A stretch of 64,000 bases of DNA from Pecten maximus. Taxonomy: Eukaryota. The stretch spans positions 36,828,001 through 36,892,000 of the forward strand of contig NC_047015.1 in the NCBI RefSeq assembly GCF_902652985.1, read 5' to 3'. The notes beneath the pieces were generated by a model that did no database searches, was not told the origin of the DNA, and saw only the letters and a list, made by a program, of their open reading frames with translations. How positions within the stretch are numbered: position 1 is the first letter of the stretch; the number at the start of each line of letters is the position of its first letter. Both the position numbers and the translations under genes were made by a program. Below, piece after piece: positions 13,846 through 26,876 of the stretch.

Positions 13846-14070
13846 TTTCCTCATAAGCTTCATGGTGGACGCCCGTGGGGGTGCCATGAGGGGGCGTCGA
13901 CACTCTGGGGTACGGATCATCATCCCCCCTAGAAAAGCCTCCATGCCCACCCGTGTCACCTGTCGCCTGATCAAGAAGGACAAACTAATGCACCCCATCC
14001 CCCTCAATGAAGGCGAGGCCCTCGCTGCCAGGATTCTGGAGATGGGACCTGTAGCTACCAAGTTCCTTGG
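13846..14070 (+). CDS. ANK2: Ankyrin ZU5a exon ([16 protein letters not shown]...ATKFLG), phase 2-2
   Basis: caacag|T acceptor, GG|gtgagt donor; diagnostic DARGG spectrin-binding motif. Confidence 0.97.
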
Positions 14071-14789
14071 GTGAGTACACTAACACATTACTGTCTATAC
14101 TAAACACAACAAAACCAGGTATTTTGGTTATTAGAAATCAAATTCAATAAACCATAATTAAAGGTTAGTATAGGTCTGTTTTGATAATCAGATGTCAGAT
14201 ATGAGTGGTATTTTGAGATAATCAGAGGTCAAATAAGATAGATGTCTGGATTTAATCAGATTTCAGATTTGGAAAGTTTGTTTAGTTAAACAGAAGTCAG
14301 GTTATTAGACAGGTTTGTTTAGAAAATCAGCGGGCAGATTAGACAGGTATGTTGAGATATTCAGCGGCCAGATTAGACAGGTATGTTGAGAGATTCAGAG
14401 GCCAGATTAGACAGGTGTGCTGAGACAATCAGGTCAGATTATACAGGTATTTTGATATAATCAGAGGCCAGATTAGGCAGGTGTGCTGAGAAAAGTAGGT
14501 CAGCTTTGACAGGTGTTTTATGGTAATCATAGGTCATATTAGACAGGTCTAATAATAAGGGTAAAATTAGAGAGGGTGTATTCCATTAGTGTTAAAATGA
14601 CAGCAAAACAGGACATGGCATAATGATATTACCAGTGTACTAATGTTTTAATGACAGGTACCAATTGTTTACATGGATTATAAGTCAGTGGGCCATTGTT
14701 TACATGGATTATAAGTCAGTAGGTCATTGTATACATCAAGGATTGAGGGGTAATAGTTTTATACATATAAATGTGGGGAAGAAAATCTG

Positions 14790-15333
14790 CTAAATCAGAC
14801 TGATGGTTCTGAAATACCCTGGCTAACTGTTTATTTCTGGTGAAAGCTGATGGTTCTGATCTACCCTGGCTGACTGTTAATTTCTGGTGAAGGCTGATGG
14901 TTCTGATCAACCCTTTTTAACTGTGTTCATTTCTGGCAAAGGCTGATGGTTCTGATCAACCCTTTTTAACTGTGTTAATTTCTGGTGAAGGCTGATGGTT
15001 CTGATCAACCCTTTTTAACTGTGTTAATTTCTGGTGATTGCTGATGGTTCTGATCAACCTTGACTAACTGTGTTAATTTCTGGTGAAGGCTGATGGTTCT
15101 GATCAACCCTTTTTAACTGTGTTAATTTCTGGTGAAGGCTGATGGTTCTGATCAACCCTGACTAACTGTGTTAATTTCTGGTGAAGGCTGATGGTTCTGA
15201 TCAACCCTGACTAACTGTGTTAATTTCTGGTGATTGCTGATGGTTCTGATCAACCTTGACTAACTGTGTTAATTTCTGGTGAAGGCTGATGGTTCTGATC
15301 AACCCTGACTAACTGTGTTAATGTCTGGTGAAG
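14790..15333. repeat. 49-bp minisatellite, ~11 copies
   Basis: ctgatggttctgatcaaccctgactaactgtgttaatttctggtgaagg. Confidence 0.92.
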
Positions 15334-16263
15334 GATAATGCTGTGTTATCTTTGGGATAGTTATTTTGGCTATCTAGAGAGGTTAACATAGAGGAGGAGT
15401 TGGGGAAATGGTGATGTGGTGAGGGTCAACTATCGGAAAGATTTCCATATGCACCCCTATCCAAAATTATTGATACAGTCATTGATCTATATATAACAGA
15501 ATAATATGTGCGATTTTAACTTCAAATATTGTGTGAGTGGGGGGAGCTAAGATATCAACATAATTAGTTTTGTTAAAGAGATTATATAGTAAAGGGAGGG
15601 CACGGATATGACTTCACCATGTGGAGAGGACAGGTTTGAGGGACCAGATGGGTGGGGTGGGAGTGTAAGGTGGGCTAAGGAGAATACTGGGTAGTTTGGG
15701 GGTTAGTTCATAGAAAGGAAAATGCAAAGATAAGGGAATTCAGGTCATCAAGCTTTAACCAAAGGGAGCATCCTAGGATCATCCATGATAAGAGGTTTTC
15801 TGTCATAGTAAGGATCATTACACTGGGAGAACAATTTACATGTAGAAATTAGATTTGATTGATTGTAACTGTACCCCAGACAGCAGACTGTGTATAGGTC
15901 AGCCACCATGGCTGTTAGTAGGTTATCAGGCTGTAGAACACAGATGATGTGAGGGGACACACTTGTCAGTCAGATATCTTTACTGATCGGAATGTCAATT
16001 GTCTGAAGGGACAGCTAGTGTACAGAATATGCATGAAATATACACTTCTCCTTCATTGACAGATCTAGATGTCTAGGTGAATGGATTCCATCTTTGATAG
16101 TTGGTGTACTAATTGTTTCAATTTATAAACATATTCCATTTTAACAGAATATGATTTGCTTTGGTATAGGCAAGAAATGTTTTATTGGGTGTCCAAAACT
16201 CCACATATAACTGTTCATTTGTAAAATAAGTGAATTCACTGAGAATTTCTGTAGGTGGTAAAA

Positions 16264-17057
16264 TGTCTCTTTAATTTCCCTTACCCCTCACTGTAGAGGG
16301 CACTATATACAAAGTCTTACAGCCATCTATGTCCTTTAATTTCCCTTACCCCTCACTGTAGAGGGCACTATATACAAAGTCTTACAGCCATCTATGTCCT
16401 TTAATTTCCCTTACCCCTCACTGTAGAGGGCACTATATACAAAGTCTTACAGCCATCTATGTCCTTTAATTTCCCTTACCCCTCACTGTAGAGGGCACTA
16501 TATACAAAGTCTTACAGCCATCTTTGTCCTTTAATTTCCCTTACCCCTCACTGTAGAGGGCACTATATACAAAGTCTTACAGCCATCTATGTCCTTTAAT
16601 TTCCCTTACCCCTCACTGTAGAGGGCACTATATACAAAGTCTTACAGCCATCTATGTCCTTTAATTTCCCTTACCCCTCACTGTAGAGGGCACTATATAC
16701 AAAGTCTTACAGCCATCTACCGGTATGTCCTTTAATTTCCCTTACCCCTCACTGTAGAGGGCACTATATACAAAGTCTTACAGCCATCTATGTCCTTTAA
16801 TTTCCCTTACCCCTCACTGTAGAGGGCACTATATACAAAGTCTTACAGCCATCTATGTCCTTTAATTTCCCTTACCCCTCACTGTAGAGGGCACTATATA
16901 CAAAGTCTTACAGCCATCTATGTCCTTTAATTTCCCTTACCCCTCACTGTAGAGGGCACTATATACAAAGTCTTACAGCCATCTATGTCCTTTAATTTCC
17001 CTTACCCCTCACTGTAGAGGGCACTATATACAAAGTCTTACAGCCATCTTTGTCCTT
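16264..17057. repeat. 65-bp minisatellite, ~12 copies
   Basis: tttaatttcccttacccctcactgtagagggcactatatacaaagtcttacagccatctatgtcc; each unit has a ccctc-N6-gaggg hairpin. Confidence 0.95.
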
Positions 17058-17467
17058 ATGGCCATTTGTTAATTGTCCCGTATATATTGAATTAATTAAG
17101 AAGCAAATTATTTACATGAATTATTAATGTTGTCCTTGGAGAAAATTAAATCATTCTGAAAAGATTCTCCATGTGGTAATGCATTATAGTGACCATGTCA
17201 CATACAACTGAGGATACCATGTCAAATACGTCTGGGGATCATTTAAATTAAAAACGATTGTTCTAACGTTGGCTTGAACATCCAGGCAATAGTCAACTTC
17301 TTACCTTTTTTAAAGTAGCTATGTAGTAATGTATGTCTTTGCAATTGTTTAGTAAATTGTCTGCCTCTCCATGTAATTGTGACTAAGGGATGGAATCGTT
17401 TGTATACTTTGTTTATAGACCTGATTTAGAACATCTATGTCCTTCTGTTAACTAGTGGGTATAAACT

Positions 17468-20400
17468 TAGAGACCTAGTGTTAGAACTACCCCTGTGGTT
17501 TACAGAGACCTAGTGTTAGAACTACCCCCGTGGTTTACAGAGACCTAATGTTAGAACTACCCCCGTGGTTTACAGAGACCTATTGTTAGAACTACCCCTG
17601 TGGTTTACAGAGACCTAATGTTAGAACTACCCCTGTGGTTTACAGAGACCTAATGTTAGAATTACCCCTGTGGTTTACAGAGACCTAGTGTTAGAACTAC
17701 CCCTGTGGTTTATAGAGACCTAATGTTAGAATTACCCCTGTGGTTTACAGAGACCTAGTGTTAGAACTACCCCCGTGGTTTACAGAGACCTAATTATATA
17801 ATGTTAGAACTATCCCTGTGGTTTACAGAGACCTAATGTTAGAACTATCCCTGTGGTTTACAGAGACCTAATGTTAGAACTACCCCCGTGGTTTACAGAG
17901 ACCTAATGTTAGAACTACCCCTGTGGTTTACAGAGACCTAATGTTAGAACTACCCCTGTGGTTTACAGAGACCTAGTGTTAGAACTATCCCTGTGGTTTA
18001 CAGAGACCTAATGTTAGAACTATCCCTGTGGTTTACAGAGAGTGAGAGACCTAATGTTAGAACTATCCCAGTGGTTTACAGATCGAGACCTAATGTTAGA
18101 ACTACCCCCGTGGTTTACAGAGACCTAATGTTAGAACTACCCCCGTGGTTTACAGAGACCTAATGTTAGAACTACCCCTGTGGTTTACAGATCGAGACCT
18201 AATGTTAGAACTACCCCCGTGGTTTACAGAGACCTAATGTTAGAACTACCCCCGTGGTTTACAGAGACCTAATGTTAGAACTACCCCTGTGGTTTACAGA
18301 GACCTAATGTTAGAACTACCCCTGTGGTTTACAGAGAGTGAGAGACCTAATGTTAGAACTACCCCCGTGGTTTACAGAGACCTAATGTTAGAACTACCCC
18401 TGTGGTTTACAGAGACCTAATGTTAGAACTATCCCTGTGGTTTACAGAGACCTAGTGTTAGAACTACCCCCGTGGTTTACAGAGACCTAATGTTAGAACT
18501 ACCCCTGTGGTTTCCAGAGACCTAGTGTTAGAACTACCCCTGTGGTTTACAGAGACCTAATGTTAGAACTACCCCTGTGGTTTACAGAGACCTAATGTTA
18601 GAACTACCCCTGTGGTTTACAGAGACCTAATGTTAGAACTACCCCTGTGGTTTACAGAGACCTAATGTTAGAACTACCCCTGTGGTTTACAGAGACCTAA
18701 TGTTAGAACTATCCCTGTGGTTTCCAGAGACCTAGTGTTAGAACTACCCCTGTGGTTTACAGAGACCTAGTGTTAGAACTACCCCTGTGGTTTACAGAGA
18801 CCTAGTGTTAGAACTACCCCTGTGGTTTACAGAGAGAGAGAGACCTAATGTTAGAACTATCCCTGTGGTTTACAGAGACCTAATGTTAGAACTACCCCTG
18901 TGGTTTACAGAGACCTAATGTTAGAACTACCCCTGTGGTTTACAGAGAGTGAGAGACCTAATGTTAGAATTACCCCTGTGGTTTACAGAGACCTAGTGTT
19001 AGAACTACCCCTGTGGTTTACAGAGACCTAGTGTTAGAACTACCCCTGTGGTTTACAGAGACCTAATGTTAGAACTACCCCTGTGGTTTACAGAGACCTA
19101 GTGTTAGAACTACCCCTGTGGTTTACAGAGACCTAATGTTAGAACTACCCCTGTGGTTTACAGAGACCTAGTGTTAGAACTACCCCTGTGGTTTACAGAG
19201 AGTGAGAGACCTAATGTTAGAACTACCCCTATGGTTTACAGAGACCTAGTGTTAGAACTAACCCTGTGGTTTACAGAGACCTAATGTTAGAACTACCCCT
19301 GTGGTTTACAGAGACCTAGTGTTAGAACTACCCCTGTGGTTTACAGAGACCTAATGTTAGAACTACCCCTGTGGTTTACAGAGACCTAATGTTAGAACTA
19401 CCCCTGTGGTTTACAGAGACCTAGTGTTAGAACTACCCCCGTGGTTTACAGAGACCTAGTGTTAGAACTACCCCTGTGGTTTACAGAGACCTAATGTTAG
19501 AACTACCCCTGTGGTTTACAGAGACCTAGTGTTAGAACTACCCCTGTGGTTTACAGAGACCTAGTGTTAGAACTACCCCCGTGGTTTACAGAGACCTAAT
19601 GTTAGAACTATCCCTGTGGTTTACAGAGACCTAGTGTTAGAACTACCCCCGTGGTTTACAGAGACCTAGTGTTAGAACTACCCCTGTGGTTTACAGAGAC
19701 CTAATGTTAGAACTACCCCCGTGGTTTACAGAGAGTGAGAGACCTAGTGTTAGAACTACCCCTGTGGTTTACAGAGACCTAGTGTTAGAACTACCCCCGT
19801 GGTTTACAGAGACCTAATGTTAGAACTACCCCTGTGGTTTACAGAGACCTAATGTTAGAACTATCCCTGTGGTTTACAGAGACCTAGTGTTAGAACTACC
19901 CCCGTGGTTTACAGAGACCTAGTGTTAGAACTACCCCCGTGGTTTACAGAGACCAAGCGTTAGAACTACCCCTGTGGTTTACAGAGACCTAGTGTTAGAA
20001 CTACCCCTGTGGTTTAGAGAGACCTAATGTTAGAACTACCCCTGTGGTTTACAGAGACCAAGCGTTAGAACTACCCCTGTGGTTTACAGAGACCTAGTGT
20101 TAGAACTACCCCTGTGGTTTACAGAGACCTAGTGTTAGAACTACCCCCGTGGTTTACAGAGACCTAATGTTAGAACTACCCCTGTGGTTTACAGAGACCT
20201 AATGTTAGAACTACCCCCGTGGTTTACAGAGACCTAATGTTAGAACTACACCCGTGGTTTACAGAGACCTAATGTTAGAACTACCCCTGTGGTTTACAGA
20301 GACCTAATGTTAGAACTACCCCCGTGGTTTACAGAGACCTAATGTTAGAACTACCCCTGTGGTTTACAGAGAGTGAGAGACCTAGTGTTAGAACTACCCC

Positions 20401-20573
20401 TGTGGTTTACAGAGACCTAATGTTAGAACTACCCCTGTGGTTTACAGAGACCTAGTGTTAGAACTATACCCCTATGGTTTACAGAGACCTAATGTTAGAA
20501 CTACCCCTGTGGTTTACAGAGACCTAATGTTACAACTACCCCTGTGGTTTACAGAGACCTAATGTTACAACTA
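17468..20573. repeat. 35-bp minisatellite, ~3.1 kb (~85-90 copies)
   Basis: agagacctaatgttagaactacccctgtggtttac with a/g and c/t variants and occasional gagtga/atc insertions. Confidence 0.97.
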
Positions 20574-21371
20574 TCTCTTTGGTCATCTGTAATCAATGAC
20601 ACTTGACATTTTGGGGAAATAGGAAGTTTCTTTTAAATTAAAAAGTAACATGACATGATCCATGTGACAAAATACACAAAAAAAGAATCATTCAAACTCA
20701 ATAAATGCTATCCTTCTTAGTTTGAATTCTGTCTTCAGAGGAACAAGATGAAAGTATTTTATGCTTTGGAAAAAAACTAACAATACATTGAAGTAGTTTA
20801 TACCAAATAGTAGATTATTGATGGACAATAATTTAGCTATGTAAACAGTAGAGTGATACCTGATTGGTTCAGTGAGTTGAGTATGTGTACAGGGTCATCT
20901 CTGTCCCGTTTATAACCTCCACATGATCTACACTCACAGAGCATAATATATTCACCAGCATATCTCACCTGTTCTAGACTTGCTTTAGTCATTTCACTTA
21001 GACGTTGCAAGATTTTGAGTTCATTCCAGAAAGATATTGGATGGTCACAATATAGGGATGTCATTTATACTGATTATAAATCAACATTAGGTAATTTGAA
21101 AAAGGACACCTGAAAAAACAAATCAGGGTGATATTTGAAAGAGATAAATAAAATGTTTCCAAACTGTTAGTTGTGAGTATGCATATTATGGTATGAATGA
21201 CAAACATGCTTTTAGGAACACACAACATCAGTAACAATGTGCATAAACATATGTATAATTATAAACAAGCGTTGAATGTTTTATTTTATATGTCAGAACT
21301 TTAGAAAAATAGAAACAATGAAAAAAAAATCAGCATTTGAGAAACTTTATAATAATAAAGTTTAATGTGTT

Positions 21372-23119
21372 GATCTGTACTATTGAGGATATAGAGCCAC
21401 CTTTACACTAGAGTTGGGAGAGATCTGTACTATTGAGGATATAGAGCCACCTTTACACTAGAGTTGGGAGAGATCTGTACTATTGAGGATATAGAGCCAC
21501 CTTTACACTAGAGTTGGGAGAGATCTGTACTATTGAGGATATAGAGCCACCTTTACACTAGAGTTGGGAGAGATCTGTACTATTGAGGATATTGACCCAC
21601 CATTACACTAGAGTTGGGAGAGATCTGTACTATTGAGGATATTGACCCACCATTACACTAGAGTTGGGAGAGATCTGTACTATTGAGGATATAGAGCCAC
21701 CTTTACACTAGAGTTGGGAGAGATCTGTACTATTGAGGATATAGAGCCACCTTTACACTAGAGTTGGGAGAGATCTGTACTATTGAGGATATAGAGCCAC
21801 TTTTACACTAGAGTTGGGAGAGATCTGTACTATTGAGGATATAGAGCCACCTTTACACTAGAGTTGGGAGAGATCTGTACTATTGAGGATATAGAGCCAC
21901 CATTACACTAGAGTTGGGAGAGATCTGTACTATTGAGGATATAGAGCCACCTTTACACTAGAGTTGGGAGAGATCTGTACTATTGAGGATATAGAGCCAC
22001 CTTTACACTAGAGTTGGGAGAGATCTGTACTATTGAGGATATAGAGCCACCTTTACACTAGAGTTGGGAGAGATCTGTACTATTGAGGATATAGAGCCAC
22101 TTTTACACTAGAGTTGGGAGAGATCTGTACTATTGAGGATATAGAGCCACCTTTACACTAGAGTTGGGAGAGATCTGTACTATTGAGGATATAGAGCCAC
22201 CTTTACGCTAGCGTTGGGAGAGATCTGTACTATTGAGGATATAGAGCCACCTTTACACTAGAGTTGGGAGAGATCTGTACTATTGAGGATATAGAGCCAC
22301 CTTTACACTAGAGTTGGGAGAGATCTGTACTATTGAGGATATAGAGCCACCTTTACACTAGAGTTGGGAGAGATCTGTACTATTGAGGATATAGAGCCAC
22401 CTTTACACTAGAGTTGGGAGAGATCTGTACTATTGAGGATATAGAGCCACCTTTACACTAGAGTTGGGAGAGATCTGTACTATTGAGGATATAGAGCCAC
22501 CTTTACACTAGAGTTGGGAGAGATCTGTACTATTGAGGACATAGAGCCACCTTTACACTAGAGTTGGGAGAGATCTGTACTATTGAGGACATAGAGCCAC
22601 CTTTACACTAGAGTTGGGAGAGATCTGTACTATTGAGGACATAGAGCCACCTTTACACTAGAGTTGGGAGAGATCTGTACTATTGAGGACATAGAGCCAC
22701 CTTTACACTAGAGTTGGGAGAGATCTGTACTATTGAGGACATAGAGCCACCTTTACACTAGAGTTGGGAGAGATCTGTACTATTGAGGATATAGAGCCAC
22801 CTTTACACTAGAGTTGGGAGAGATCTGTACTATTGAGGACATAGAGCCACCTTTACACTAGAGTTGGGAGAGATCTGTACTATTGAGGACATAGAGCCAC
22901 CTTTACACTAGAGTTGGGAGAGATCTGTACTATTGAGGACATAGAGCCACCTTTACACTAGAGTTGGGAGAGATCTGTACTATTGAGGATATAGAGCCAC
23001 CTTTACACTAGAGTTGGGAGAGATCTGTACTATTGAGGATATAGAGCCACCTTTACACTAGAGTTGGGAGAGATCTGTACTATTGAGGATATAGAGCCAC
23101 CTTTACACTAGAGTTGTGA
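21372..23119. repeat. 50-bp minisatellite, ~35 near-identical copies
   Basis: agatctgtactattgaggatatagagccacctttacactagagttgggag. Confidence 0.97.
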
Positions 23120-25264
23120 GAACTTATAATATTGATTCTTTTGAAGTTTATTCAAAGTAGTTCAAGTATTCATCATTGGATTTCAAAAGTCAGTTAACAT
23201 GAATGAATATCGGTAACTTATAATGTATGTTAATTTCATTCAGGTTTGCTTCTCCAGATCAAAATCTCTAGAATGATAAAAGTGTAAATAAAACAGAGCT
23301 TAATGAGTTTTGTCTGGAGGTATTTCTGACCCAAGTCTCATACTAAGGGGAGATACCGTAATCTAGTTTTAGAATTTAGCTGAGCAATTCTTAACAAAAA
23401 TAACTTGTGGCCAGTCTATAATAAATAGTACCATCATTATCAGGAGATAACACTGTGCCCAGTATTATGTCCGCTCATATACATTACTGTTCTATAACAT
23501 TACCAACACGTTTAATACCATAGTTCTATAATAAGCCCACCAGCTAACTATGACTCAGAGCATATGTTGGCCTATGGGCTTATTCAAGGATAAGTACGGT
23601 AGGAAAAAACTGAGTATATAAGGATTTTCTGTCATTCTTTATGACCACACTTATCAGACTGACTGACAAGCATTTGTACTTCCTGTGTGATATTGTGTTG
23701 GTAGGAAACGAGACACTTGTGTGACACTGAGATTAACACCCATCAAAGTTTTAACTGGTGTGGATTTCAACCAATTTGTAGTTTGTAATTGTGGTGACAA
23801 TTATAGGGTACATTGTATTATGATGAAACCAAAAAATGGGGTATTAAGATAAAACCAAATGACAAAATGACCATCACATTTCATTAAAGGACTGTTTGAA
23901 TATAAATAATCTGTCCTTTTTTTTTTCTTTTGAATGAAATTTAATGTTCTTCTGTATATTGATCTCAGAATAGAGTTCTACCCCAATCCTAGCCTGAAGG
24001 AAAAAAACAACAAAAATCTGATACCTAGATGGTAGATAAACTGGCCCTCTCATCTCCTACTCCAGTAAAAGACAAATATTCTATTAATGTATGATCTGGA
24101 AAAAAAAATTAAAGCATAGAACATTTTACATGAAAACTGACCAAACTGCTGTCCCTTGGAAAAAAAGAAAACACTAAGTCCTGTAGCTTATAAAGATGTA
24201 GGCAGTGATTAAGTCTGAAGCAACTTTTGTGTTACATAATTGTCGGGTGATGTTTCAGCAGACACATGTAAACTTAGAGATGTGTCATATATCTAAAATC
24301 TTGCTGACTCTGCCGCCCAATACTTAAGGTATACAAAAATTTGTCTTGATAATTGACCTACTTTACAATCCGTCTGGCTTGTTAATCACTTTCCTCCTAG
24401 ACTTGTTGTTCATAACAGGAAATGGGTTGACGTTTTTTAGATATTAGATCTATAGGGTCTGGTTTGTCTGCAAGTCTAACGGACATGTCATTAAAGTCCT
24501 GTGTGTCTTAGACCTGTGATGACTCTATCTGTATACTTAGAGGGATACTGAGGGAAAGGTCTTTAAAACTGTCTATAAACATCACCTTGGTATAACGCAT
24601 GTCTGTAAATAATACATATATCATCTCTTTTCAACATTTACCTGTCTATAAAGATTACTTGTGTATAAAATGTACCTGTGAATACAGAACACCTCTGTAT
24701 AAAAAAACATTTAACTGTCGATAGCAGTTTGTTTGACCAATTTGTTATTCTAAAGTATCAAGCCAAAAAGTTGTTCAAGAAGTATAAATGGAAGGTTTAA
24801 AACTGAATTGATGGAATATTAGGAGGAGGCGTATGGTTACTTGAATTTACTATAGAAGGGAGAAGGTTGGTGGTGTGCTAATGAATTTGGAGTGGAATGA
24901 GGAGATAGGGACGGACCAGGCCATCTTCATGGGGGTCATGGAAACCAGCTGGGCTGATCAGTGAGGCAATTATCTCTTTGGTTAGGGAGGCTCACTGTGG
25001 GAGGTGTAAATCTAGAGGAAAATCATAAAATACACTTGCAATGTAGAGATATGAAAATTAGGAATGGTTATAGTTACAATACATTTAGTATAACATCATA
25101 TTTCAGGCTGGGATGTGTCTGGTGTTGTGTCATTATTACTGGGAGTCATAGCTATGTACAGAGTGTTGGCTGGGAATGATGGCAGCCAGATGGGGAGGCA
25201 TAGTTCTATCACCTATACATATGTGTACATAGTAAGAGGATATACATATAGTTTACATGTACTG

Positions 25265-26826
25265 CACATGTAGGGATAGGGTGTGACACTTGTAGGGATT
25301 GGGTGTGACACATGTAGGGATGGGATGTGACACATGTAGGGATGGGGTGTGACACTTGTAGGGATTGGGTGTGACACATGTAGGGATGGGGTGTGACACT
25401 TGTAGGGATGGGGTGTGACACTTGTGGGGATTGGGTGTGACACTTGTAGGGATGGGATGTAACACATGAACATGTAGGGATGGGGTGTGACACATGTAGG
25501 GATGGGGTGTGACACTTGTAGGGATGGGGTGTGACACATGTAGGGATGGGATGTAACACATGAACATGTAGGGATGGGGCGTGACACATGTAGGGATAGG
25601 GTGTGACACATGTAGGGATGGGATGTGCCTCCTCCTCTCAGCAAATTGAACATGGGCACATTAATGCTGAATTGTGGTTTATTGTAGGATGGCCGACGAA
25701 AGACGGGACGTTATGTTACATGTTGAGGGTGTTCGGGCGGATGGTTCGGGCACATAGATGGGGTGTGGGGGAGGGATAACCCAATGGTACGGACCCAGGC
25801 TTCGTGCACTTAGATTGTGACACAAATTATACATTGTGATGAGCGTGTGAGTGTAGGCATACAAAGATGTGTACCTGTGGTGTATTTGTGGAGTTGTGTC
25901 ACTGCTGTAGGATGGTGTACTTGTGGACCATAACTGCCGATACGTACTCGACACATGTAGGGATGGGGTGTGACACATGTAGGGATGGGGTGTGACACAT
26001 GTAGGGATGGGGTGTGACACATGAACATGTAGGGATGGGGTGTGACACTTGTAGGGATGGGGTGTGACACATGTAGGGATGGGGTGTGACACTTGTAGGG
26101 ATGGGGTGTGACACATGAACATGTAGGGATGGGGTGTGACACATGTAGGGATGGGGTGTGACACATGTAGGGATGGGGTGTGACACTTGTAGGGATGGGG
26201 TGTAACACTTGTAGGGATGGGGTGTAACACATGAACATGTAGGGATGGGGTGTGACACATGTAGGGATTGGGTGTGACACATGTAGGGGTGGGGTGTGAC
26301 ACATGTAGGGATGGGGTGTGACACATGTAGGGATGGGGTGTGACACATGTAGGGATGGGGTGTAACACTTGTAGGGATGGGGTGTAACACATGAACATGT
26401 AGGGATGGGGTGTGACACTTGTAGGGATGGGGTGTGACACATGAACATGTAGGGATGGGGTGTGACACATGTAGGGATGGGGTGTGACACATGTAGGGAT
26501 GGGGTGTGACACATGAACATGTAGGGATGGGGTTGACACTGTGGGATGGGTGTGACACATGTAGGGATGGGTGTGCACATGTATGGATGGGGTTGACACA
26601 TGGGGATGGGGTGTGACACGTGGGGATGGGGTGTGACACATTAGGGATGGGTGTGACACTTGTGGGATGGTGGTGAACATGTAGGACATGGGGTGTGACA
26701 CATGTAGGTGTGAAATTGATGGGGTGTGACACATGTAGGGATGGGTGTGACCCATTAGGATGGTATACAACTGACATTAGGATGGGCGGACACATGTGAA
26801 TACGGGGTTACACACGTAGATGGGAT
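25265..26826. repeat. G-rich 22/28-bp minisatellite in two blocks (25265-25625, 25950-26826)
   Basis: tgtgacacatgtagggatgggg units, some with an extra atgaac; interrupted by a garbled segment. Confidence 0.93.
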
Positions 26827-26876
26827 GTGCTCCTCCTCCTCCCAAGCAATTCATGGGCCCTACTGGATCTGTCTTA

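Noticed and set aside
17468-23119. CRISPR-like appearance of regular repeats
   Set aside because: Head-to-tail units with no unique spacers, no cas genes, eukaryotic intron context
25209-26795. Long minus-strand His/Pro/Cys-rich ORFs (up to 363 aa)
   Set aside because: Translations of the 22-bp minisatellite, open in several frames, with no splice or domain support
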